From positions 127,410,001 through 127,474,000 of the forward strand of contig OX597815.1 in assembly GCA_951406725.2 (NCBI GenBank): a stretch of 64,000 bases of DNA, written 5' to 3'. A program made the position numbers and the translations under genes. Of the stretch, positions 49,001-61,000 are shown piece by piece (the stretch's first letter is position 1; every line of letters begins with the position of its first letter). The notes under the pieces are model-generated. The model was not told the DNA's origin, did not search any database, and saw only the letters and a program-made list of their open reading frames with translations. The stretch is from Octopus vulgaris. Taxonomy: Eukaryota.

Positions 49001-52000
49001 ACTTACTTCTTCAATTTCAACTCCCGATCGATGTCCGCAGCAAGTTCTTTAAAAATTTATCTTAATATTTCTATTCGTTGTTACTACGTTTATTCATACA
49101 TTGTTACGAAAATTTAACCTTTTAGGCTACTTTCAAGCCTTCGCCATAACTTGATTTATCTTTCTATCTCTCTCTCTACAAAATTTAACCTTAGGCTAGG
49201 CTACCTCAAGCCGTAATCCCATCTCTTCCCATCTCTTCCCATCTTTCAGCCATTGGCAGTCTTTTTTCAGCCATTGGCGGTCTTTTTCCTCCTCTTACCA
49301 TTACGATTCTACAATTTAAATTCCCAATTCAACTAACTTACTTCTTCAATTTCAACTCCCGATCGATGTCCGCAGCAAGTTCTTTAAAAATTTATCTTAA
49401 TATTTCTATTCGTTGTTACTACGTTTATTCATACATTGTTACGAAAATTTAACCTTTTAAGGCTACTTTCAAGCCTTCGCCATAACTTGATTTATCTTTC
49501 TATCTCTCTCTCTACAAAATTTAACCTTAGGCTAGGCTACCTCAAGCCGTAATCCCATCTCTTCCCATCTCTTCCCATCTTTCAGCCATTGGCGGTCTTT
49601 TTTTCCTCCTCTTACCATTACGATTCTACAATTTAAATTCCCAATTCAACTAACTTACTTCTTCAATTTCAACTCCCGATCGATGTCCGCAGCAAGTTCT
49701 TTAAAAATTTATCTTAATATTTCTATTCGTTGTTACTACGTTTATTCATACATTGTTACGAAAATTTAACCTTTTAAGGCTACTTTCAAGCCTTCGCCAT
49801 AACTTGATTTATCTTTCTATCTCTCTCTCTACAAAATTTAACCTTAGGCTAGGCTACCTCAAGCCGTAATCCCATCTCTTCCCATCTCTTCCCATCTTTC
49901 AGCCATTGGCGGTCTTTTTTTTCCTCCTCTTACCATTACGATTCTACAATTTAAATTCCCAATTCAACTAACTTACTTCTTCAATTTCAACTCCCGATCG
50001 ATGTCCGCAGCAAGTTCTTTAAAAATTTATCTTAATATTTCTATTCGTTGTTACTACGTTTATTCATACATTGTTACGAAAATTTAACCTTTTAAGGCTA
50101 CTTTCAAGCCTTCGCCATAACTTGATTTATCTTTCTATCTCTCTCTCTACAAAATTTAACCTTAGGCTAGGCTACCTCAAGCCGTAATCCCATCTCTTCC
50201 CATCTCTTTCCATCTTTCAGCCATTGGCGGTCTTTTTTCCTCCTCTTACCATTACGATTCTACAATTTAAATTCCCAATTCAACTAACTTACTTCTTCAA
50301 TTTCAACTCCCGATCGATGTCCGCAGCAAGTTCTTTAAAAATTTATCTTAATATTTCTATTCGTTGTTACTACGTTTATTCATACATTGTTACGAAAATT
50401 TAACCTTTTAAGGCTACTTTCAAGCCTTCGCCATAACTTGATTTATCTTTCTATCTCTCTCTCTACAAAATTTAACCTTAGGCTAGGCTACCTCAAGCCG
50501 TAATCCCATCTCTTCCCATCTCTTCCCATCTTTCAGCCATTGGCGGTCTTCTTTCAGCCATCCACTTGGCGTCTTTTTTCTCCTCTTACCATTACGATTC
50601 TACAATTTAAATTCCCAATTCAACTAACTTACTTCTTCAATTTCAACTCCCGATCGATGTCCGCAGCAAGTTCTTTAAAAATTTATCTTAATATTTCTAT
50701 TCGTTGTTACTACGTTTATTCATACATTGTTACGAAAATTTAACCTTTTAAGGCTACTTTCAAGCCTTCGCCATAACTTGATTTATCTTTCTATCTCTCT
50801 CTCTACAAAATTTAACCTTAGGCTAGGCTACCTCAAGCCGTAATCCCATCTCTTCCCATCTCTTCCCATCTTTCAGCCATTGGCAGTCTTTTTTCCTCCT
50901 CTTACCATTACGATTCTACAATTTAAATTCCCAATTCAACTAACTTACTTCTTCAATTTCAACTCCCGATCGATGTCCGCAGCAAGTTCTTTAAAAATTT
51001 ATCTTAATATTTCTATTCGTTGTTACTACGTTTATTCATACATTGTTACGAAAATTTAACCTTTTAAGGCTACTTTCAAGCCTTCGCCATAACTTGATTT
51101 ATCTTTCTATCTCTCTCTCTACAAAATTTAACCTTAGGCTAGGCTACCTCAAGCCGTAATCCCATCTCTTCCCATCTCTTCAGCCATCTTTCAGCCATTG
51201 GCGGTCTTTTTTCCTCCTCTTACCATTACGATTCTACAATTTAAATTCCCAATTCAACTAACTTACTTCTTCAATTTCAACTCCCGATCGATGTCCGCAG
51301 CAAGTTCTTTAAAAATTTATCTTAATATTTCTATTCGTTGTTACTACGTTTATTCATACATTGTTACGAAAATTTAACCTTTTAAGGCTACTTTCAAGCC
51401 TTCGCCATAACTTGATTTATCTTTCTATCTCTCTCTCTACAAAATTTAACCTTAGGCTAGGCTACCTCAAGCCGTAATCCCATCTCTTCCCATCTCTTCC
51501 CATCTTTCAGCCATCTTTCAGCCATCTTTCAGCCATTGGCGGTCTTTTTTCCTCCTCTTACCATTACGATTCTACAATTTAAATTCCCAATTCAACTAAC
51601 TTACTTCTTCAATTTCAACTCCCGATCGATGTCCGCAGCAAGTTCTTTAAAAATTTATCTTAATATTTCCTATTCGTTGTTACTACGTTTATTCATACAT
51701 TGTTACGAAAATTTAACCTTTTAAGGCTACTTTCAAGCCTTCGCCATAACTTGATTTATCTTTCTATCTCTCTCTCTACAAAATTTAACCTTAGGCTAGG
51801 CTACCTCAAGCCGTAATCCCATCTCTTCCCATCTCTTCCCATCTTTCAGCCATCTTGGCCAGTCTTTTTTCCTCCTCTTACCATTACGATTCTACAATTT
51901 AAATTCCCAATTCAACTAACTTACTTCTTCAATTTCAACTCCCGATCGATGTCCGCAGCAAGTTCTTTAAAAATTTATCTTAATATTTCTATTCGTTGTT

Positions 52001-55000
52001 ACTACGTTTATTCATACATTGTTACGAAAATTTAACCTTTTAAGGCTACTTTCAAGCCTTCGCCATAACTTGATTTATCTTTCTATCTCTCTCTCTACAA
52101 AATTTAACCTTAGGCTAGGCTACCTCAAGCCGTAATCCCATCTCTTCCCATCTCTTCCCATCTTTCAGCCATTGGCGGTCTTTTTTTTTCCTCCTCTTAC
52201 CATTACGATTCTACAATTTAAATTCCCAATTCAACTAACTTACTTCTTCAATTTCAACTCCCGATCGATGTCCGCAGCAAGTTCTTTAAAAATTTATCTT
52301 AATATTTCTATTCGTTGTTACTACGTTTATTCATACATTGTTACGAAAATTTAACCTTTTAAGGCTACTTTCAAGCCTTCGCCATAACTTGATTTATCTT
52401 TCTATCTCTCTCTCTACAAAATTTAACCTTAGGCTAGGCTACCTCAAGCCGTAATCCCATCTCTTCCCATCTCTTCCCATCTTTCAGCCATCTTTCAGCC
52501 ATTGTCAGCCATCGGTCTTTTCCTCCTCTTACCATTACGATTCTACAATTTAAATTCCCAATTCAACTAACTTACTTCTTCAATTTCAACTCCCGATCGA
52601 TGTCCGCAGCAAGTTCTTTAAAAATTTATCTTAATATTTCTATTCGTTGTTACTACGTTTATTCATACATTGTTACGAAAATTTAACCTTTTAAGGCTAC
52701 TTTCAAGCCTTCGCCATAACTTGATTTATCTTTCTATCTCTCTCTCTACAAAATTTAACCTTAGGCTAGGCTACCTCAAGCCGTAATCCCATCTCTTCCC
52801 ATCTCTTCCCATCTTTCAGCCATTTTCAGCGGTCTTTTTTCCTCCTCTTACCATTACGATTCTACAATTTAAATTCCCAATTCAACTAACTTACTTCTTC
52901 AATTTCAACTCCCGATCGATGTCCGCAGCAAGTTCTTTAAAAATTTATCTTAATATTTCTATTCGTTGTTACTACGTTTATTCATACATTGTTACGAAAA
53001 TTTAACCTTTTAAGGCTACTTTCAAGCCTTCGCCACTAACTTGATTTATCTTTCTATCTCTCTCTCTACAAAATTTAACCTTAGGCTAGGCTACCTCAAG
53101 CCGTAATCCCATCTCTTCCCATCTCTTCCCATCTTTCAGCCATTTGGCGGTCTTTTTTTCCTCCTCTTACCATTACGATTCTACAATTTAAATTCCCAAT
53201 TCAACTAACTTACTTCTTCAATTTCAACTCCCGATCGATGTCCGCAGCAAGTTCTTTAAAAATTTATCTTAATATTTCTATTCGTTGTTACTACGTTTAT
53301 TCATACATTGTTACGAAAATTTAACCTTTTAAGGCTACTTTCAAGCCTTCGCCATAACTTGATTTATCTTTCTATCTCTCTCTCTACAAAATTTAACCTT
53401 AGGCTAGGCTACCTCAAGCCGTAATCCCATCTCTTCCCATCTCTTCCCATCTTTCAGCCATTTTCAGGCGGTCTTTTTTTCCTCCTCTTACCATTACGAT
53501 TCTACAATTTAAATTCCCAATTCAACTAACTTACTTCTTCAATTTCAACTCCCGATCGATGTCCGCAGCAAGTTCTTTAAAAATTTATCTTAATATTTCT
53601 ATTCGTTGTTACTACGTTTATTCATACATTGTTACGAAAATTTAACCTTTTAAGGCTACTTTCAAGCCTTCGCCATAACTTGATTTATCTTTCTATCTCT
53701 CTCTCTACAAAATTTAACCTTAGGCTAGGCTACCTCAAGCCGTAATCCCATCTCTTCCCATCTCTTCCCATCATCTTTCAGCCATTGGCGGTCTCTTTCA
53801 GCCATTGGGTCTTTTCCTCCTCTTACTAAAACCTTGAAAATCTTACCATTTACGATTCTACAATTTAAATTCCCAATTCAACTAACTTACTTCTTCAATT
53901 TCAACTCCCGATCGATGTCCGCAGCAAGTTCTTTAAAAATTTATCTTAATATTTCTATTCGTTGTTACTACGTTTATTCATACATTGTTACGAAAATTTA
54001 ACCTTTTAAGGCTACTTTCAAGCCTTCGCCATAACTTGATTTATCTTTCTATCTCTCTCTCTACAAAATTTAACCTTAGGCTAGGCTACCTCAAGCCGTA
54101 ATCCCATCTCTTCCCATCTCTTCCCATCTTTCAGCCATCTTTCAGCCATCTTTCAGCCATCTTTTTTTTCCTCCTCTTACCATTACGATTCTACAATTTA
54201 AATTCCCAATTCAACTAACTTACTTCTTCAATTTCAACTCCCGATCGATGTCCGCAGCAAGTTCTTTAAAAATTTATCTTAATATTTCTATTCGTTGTTA
54301 CTACGTTTATTCATACATTGTTACGAAAATTTAACCTTTTAAGGCTACTTTCAAGCCTTCGCCATAACTTGATTTATCTTTCTATCTCTCTCTCTACAAA
54401 ATTTAACCTTAGGCTAGGCTACCTCAAGCCGTAATCCCATCTCTTCCCATCTCTTCCCATCTTTCAGCCATTGGCGGTCTTTTTTCCTCCTCTTACCATT
54501 ACGATTCTACAATTTAAATTCCCAATTCAACTAACTTACTTCTTCAATTTCAACTCCCGATCGATGTCCGCAGCAAGTTCTTTAAAAATTTATCTTAATA
54601 TTTCTATTCGTTGTTACTACGTTTATTCATACATTGTTACGAAAATTTAACCTTTTAAGGCTACTTTCAAGCCTTCGCCATAACTTGATTTATCTTTCTA
54701 TCTCTCTCTCTACAAAATTTAACCTTAGGCTAGGCTACCTCAAGCCGTAATCCCATCTCTTCCCATCTCTTCCCATCTTTCAGCCATTGGCGGTCTTTTT
54801 TCCTCCTCTTACCATTACGATTCTACAATTTAAATTCCCAATTCAACTAACTTACTTCTTCAATTTCAACTCCCGATCGATGTCCGCAGCAAGTTCTTTA
54901 AAAATTTATCTTAATATTTCTATTCGTTGTTACTACGTTTATTCATACATTGTTACGAAAATTTAACCTTTTAAGGCTACTTTCAAGCCTTCGCCATAAC

Positions 55001-58000
55001 TTGATTTATCTTTCTATCTCTCTCTCTACAAAATTTAACCTTAGGCTAGGCTACCTCAAGCCGTAATCCCATCTCTTCCCATCTCTTTCCATCTTTCAGC
55101 CATTGGCGGTCTTTTTTTCCTCCTCTTACCATTACGATTCTACAATTTAAATTCCCAATTCAACTAACTTACTTCTTCAATTTCAACTCCCGATCGATGT
55201 CCGCAGCAAGTTCTTTAAAAATTTATCTTAATATTTCTATTCGTTGTTACTACGTTTATTCATACATTGTTACGAAAATTTAACCTTTTAAGGCTACTTT
55301 CAAGCCTTCGCCATAACTTGATTTATCTTTCTATCTCTCTCTCTACAAAATTTAACCTTAGGCTAGGCTACCTCAAGCCGTAATCCCATCTCTTCCCATC
55401 TCTTCCCATCTTTCAGCCATTTTCAGGCGGTCTTTTTTCCTCCTCTTACCATTACGATTCTACAATTTAAATTCCCAATTCAACTAACTTACTTCTTCAA
55501 TTTCAACTCCCGATCGATGTCCGCAGCAAGTTCTTTAAAAATTTATCTTAATATTTCTATTCGTTGTTACTACGTTTATTCATACATTGTTACGAAAATT
55601 TAACCTTTTAAGGCTACTTTCAAGCCTTCGCCATAACTTGATTTATCTTTCTATCTCTCTCTCTACAAAATTTAACCTTAGGCTAGGCTACCTCAAGCCG
55701 TAATCCCATCTCTTCCCATCTCTTCCCATCTTTCAGCCATCTTTCAGCCATCTTTCAGCCATTGGCGGTCTTTTTTCCTCCTCTTACCATTACGATTCTA
55801 CAATTTAAATTCCCAATTCAACTAACTTACTTCTTCAAATTTCAACTCCCGATCGATGTCCGCAGCAAGTTCTTTAAAAATTTATCTTAATATTTCTATT
55901 CGTTGTTACTACGTTTATTCATACATTGTTACGAAAATTTAACCTTTTAAGGCTACTTTCAAGCCTTCGCCATAACTTGATTTATCTTTCTATCTCTCTC
56001 TCTACAAAATTTAACCTTAGGCGAGGCTACCTCAAGCCGTAATCCCATCTCTTCCCATCTCTCTTTCAGCCATCTTTCAGCCATCTTTCAGCCATTGGCG
56101 GTCTTTTTTCCTCCTCTTACCATTACGATTCTACAATTTAAATTCCCAATTCAACTAACTTACTTCTTCAATTTCAACTCCCGATCGATGTCCGCAGCAA
56201 GTTCTTTAAAAATTTATCTTAATATTTCTATTCGTTGTTACTACGTTTATTCATACATTGTTACGAAAATTTAACCTTTTAAGGCTACTTTCAAGCCTTC
56301 GCCATAACTTGATTTATCTTTCTATCTCTCTCTCTACAAAATTTAACCTTAGGCTAGGCTACCTCAAGCCGTAATCCCATCTCTTCCCATCTCTTCCCAT
56401 CTTTCAGCCATTGGCGGTCTTTTTTTCCTCCTCTTACCATTACGATTCTACAATTTAAATTCCCAATTCAACTAACTTACTTCTTCAATTTCAACTCCCG
56501 ATCGATGTCCGCAGCAAGTTCTTTAAAAATTTATCTTAATATTTCTATTCGTTGTTACTACGTTTATTCATACATTGTTACGAAAATTTAACCTTTTAAG
56601 GCTACTTTCAAGCCTTCGCCATAACTTGATTTATCTTTCTATCTCTCTCTCTACAAAATTTAACCTTAGGCTAGGCTACCTCAAGCCGTAATCCCATCTC
56701 TTCCCATCTCTTCATCTTTTCTTTCAGCCATTGGCGGTCTTTTTTCCTCCTCTTACCATTACGATTCTACAATTTAAATTCCCAATTCAACTAACTTACT
56801 TCTTCAATTTCAACTCCCGATCGATGTCCGCAGCAAGTTCTTTAAAAATTTATCTTAATATTTCTATTCGTTGTTACTACGTTTATTCATACATTGTTAC
56901 GAAAATTTAACCTTTTAAGGCTACTTTCAAGCCTTCGCCATAACTTGATTTATCTTTCTATCTCTCTCTCTACAAAATTTAACCTTAGGCTAGGCTACCT
57001 CAAGCCGTAATCCCATCTCTTCCCATCTCTTCCCATCTTTCAGCCATTGGCGGTCTTTTTCCTCCTCTTACCATTACGATTCTACAATTTAAATTCCCAA
57101 TTCAACTAACTTACTTCTTCAATTTCAACTCCCGATCGATGTCCGCAGCAAGTTCTTTAAAAATTTATCTTAATATTTCTATTCGTTGTTACTACGTTTA
57201 TTCATACATTGTTACGAAAATTTAACCTTTTAAGGCTACTTTCAAGCCTTCGCCATAACTTGATTTATCTTTCTATCTCTCTCTCTACAAAATTTAACCT
57301 TAGGCTAGGCTACCTCAAGCCGTAATCCCATCTCTTCCCATCTCTTCCCATCTTTCAGCCATTTGGCAGTCTTCTTTTCGGTCTCCTCCTCTTACCATTA
57401 CGATTCTACAATTTAAATTCCCAATTCAACTAACTTACTTCTTCAATTTCAACTCCCGATCGATGTCACGCAAGTTCTTTAAAAATTTATCTTAATATTT
57501 CTATTCGTTGTTACTACGTTTATTCATACATTGTTACGAAAATTTAACCTTTTAAGGCTACTTTCAAGCCTTCGCCATAACTTGATTTATCTTTCTATCT
57601 CTCTCTCTACAAAATTTAACCTTAGGCTAGGCTACCTCAAGCCGTAATCCCATCTCTTCCCATCTCTTCCATCTTTCAGCCATTTTCAGGCGGTCTTTTT
57701 CCTCCTCTTACCATTACGATTCTACAATTTAAATTCCCAATTCAACTAACTTACTTCTTCAATTTCAACTCCCGATCGATGTCCGCAGCAAGTTCTTTAA
57801 AAATTTATCTTAATATTTCTATTCGTTGTTACTACGTTTATTCATACATTGTTACGAAAATTTAACCTTTTAAGGCTACTTTCAAGCCTTCGCCATAACT
57901 TGATTTATCTTTCTATCTCTCTCTCTACAAAATTTAACCTTAGGCGAGGCTACCTCAAGCCGTAATCCCATCTCTTCCCATCTCTTCCCATCTTTCAGCC

Positions 58001-61000
58001 ATTGGCGGTCTTTTTTCCTCCTCTTACCATTACGATTCTACAATTTAAATTCCCAATTCAACTAACTTACTTCTTCAATTTCAACTCCCGATCGATGTCC
58101 GCAGCAAGTTCTTTAAAAATTTATCTTAATATTTCTATTCGTTGTTACTACGTTTATTCATACATTGTTACGAAAATTTAACCTTTTAAGGCTACTTTCA
58201 AGCCTTCGCCATAACTTGATTTATCTTTCTATCTCTCTCTCTACAAAATTTAACCTTAGGCTAGGCTACCTCAAGCCGTAATCCCATCTCTTCCCATCTC
58301 TTCCCATCTTTCCCATCTTTCAGCCATTGGCGGTCTTTTTTTTCCTCCTCTTACCATTACGATTCTACAATTTAAATTCCCAATTCAACTAACTTACTTC
58401 TTCAATTTCAACTCCCGATCGATGTCCGCAGCAAGTTCTTTAAAAATTTATCTTAATATTTCTATTCGTTGTTACTACGTTTATTCATACATTGTTACGA
58501 AAATTTAACCTTTTAAGGCTACTTTCAAGCCTTCGCCATAACTTGATTTATCTTTCTATCTCTCTCTCTACAAAATTTAACCTTAGGCTAGGCTACCTCA
58601 AGCCGTAATCCCATCTCTTCCCATCTCTTTCCATCTTTCAGCCATTTGGCGGTCTTTTTTCCTCCTCTTTCACTATTGGCGGTCATCCTCCTACGATTCG
58701 ATTCTACAATTTAAATTCCCAATTCAACTAACTTACTTCTTCAATTTCAACTCCCGATCGATGTCCGCAGCAAGTTCTTTAAAAATTTATCTTAATATTT
58801 CTATTCGTTGTTACTACGTTTATTCATACATTGTTACGAAAATTTAACCTTTTAAGGCTACTTTCAAGCCTTCGCCATAACTTGATTTATCTTTCTATCT
58901 CTCTCTCTACAAAATTTAACCTTAGGCTAGAGCTACCTCAAGCCGTAATCCCATCTCTTCCCATCTCTTCCCATCTTTCAGCCATTTGGCGGTCTTTTTT
59001 CAGCCATCGGTCTTTCTTCCTCCTCTTACCATTACGATTCTACAATTTAAATTCCCAATTCAACTAACTTACTTCTTCAATTTCAACTCCCGATCGATGT
59101 CCGCAGCAAGTTCTTTAAAAATTTATCTTAATATTTCTATTCGTTGTTACTACGTTTATTCATACATTGTTACGAAAATTTAACCTTTTAAGGCTACTTT
59201 CAAGCCTTCGCCATAACTTGATTTATCTTTCTATCTCTCTCTCTACAAAATTTAACCTTAGGCTAGGCTACCTCAAGCCGTAATCCCATCTCTTCCCATC
59301 TCTTCCATCTTTCAGCCATTTTCAGCCATGGCGGTCTTTTTTCCTCCTCTTACCATTACGATTCTACAATTTAAATTCCCAATTCAACTAACTTACTTCT
59401 TCAATTTCAACTCCCGATCGATGTCCGCAGCAAGTTCTTTAAAAATTTATCTTAATATTTCTATTCGTTGTTACTACGTTTATTCATACATTGTTACGAA
59501 AATTTAACCTTTTAAGGCTACTTTCAAGCCTTCGCCATAACTTGATTTATCTTTCTATCTCTCTCTCTACAAAATTTAACCTTAGGCTAGGCTACCTCAA
59601 GCCGTAATCCCATCTCTTCCCATCTCTTCCCATCTTTTCCCATCTTTCAGCCATTGGCGGTCTTTTTTTCCTCCTCTTACCATTACGATTCTACAATTTA
59701 AATTCCCAATTCAACTAACTTACTTCTTCAATTTCAACTCCCGATCGATGTCCGCAGCAAGTTCTTTAAAAATTTATCTTAATATTTCTATTCGTTGTTA
59801 CTACGTTTATTCATACATTGTTACGAAAATTTAACCTTTTAAGGCTACTTTCAAGCCTTCGCCATAACTTGATTTATCTTTCTATCTCTCTCTCTACAAA
59901 ATTTAACCTTAGGCTAGGCTACCTCAAGCCGTAATCCCATCTCTTCCCATCTCTTCCCATCTTTCAGCCATTTGGCAGTCTTTTTTTTCAGCCATTGGCC
60001 TCTTACCATTACCATTACGATTCTACAATTTAAATTCCCAATTCAACTAACTTACTTCTTCAATTTCAACTCCCGATCGATGTCCGCAGCAAGTTCTTTA
60101 AAAATTTATCTTAATATTTCTATTCGTTGTTACTACGTTTATTCATACATTGTTACGAAAATTTAACCTTTTAAGGCTACTTTCAAGCCTTCGCCATAAC
60201 AGTTTATCTTTCTATCTCTCTCTCTACAAAATTTAACCTTAGGCTAGGCTACCTCAAGCCGTAATCCCATCTCTTCCCATCTCTTCCATCTTTCAGCCAT
60301 TGGCGGTCTTTTTTCCTCCTCTTACCATTACGATTCTACAATTTAAATTCCCAATTCAACTAACTTACTTCTTAAATTTCAACTCCCGATCGATGTCCGC
60401 AGCAAGTTCTTTAAAAATTTATCTTAATATTTCTATTCGTTGTTACTACGTTTATTCATACATTGTTACGAAAATTTAACCTTTTAAGGCTACTTTCAAG
60501 CCTTCGCCATAACTTGATTTATCTTTCTATCTCTCTCTCTACAAAATTTAACCTTAGGCTAGGCTACCTCAAGCCGTAATCCCATCTCTTCCCATCTCTT
60601 CCCATCTTTCAGCCATTGGCGGTCTTTTTGGCGGTCTTTCCTCCTCTTACCATTACGATTCTACAATTTAAATTCCCAATTCAACTAACTTACTTCTTCA
60701 ATTTCAACTCCCGATCGATGTCCGCAGCAAGTTCTTTAAAAATTTATCTTAATATTTCTATTCGTTGTTACTACGTTTATTCATACATTGTTACGAAAAT
60801 TTAACCTTTTAAGGCTACTTTCAAGCCTTCGCCATAACTTGATTTATCTTTCTATCTCTCTCTCTACAAAATTTAACCTTAGGCTAGGCTACCTCAAGCC
60901 GTAATCCCATCTCTTCCCATCTCTTTCCATCTTTCAGCCATTGGCGGTCTTTTTCCTCCTCTTACCATTACGATTCTACAATTTAAATTCCCAATTCAAC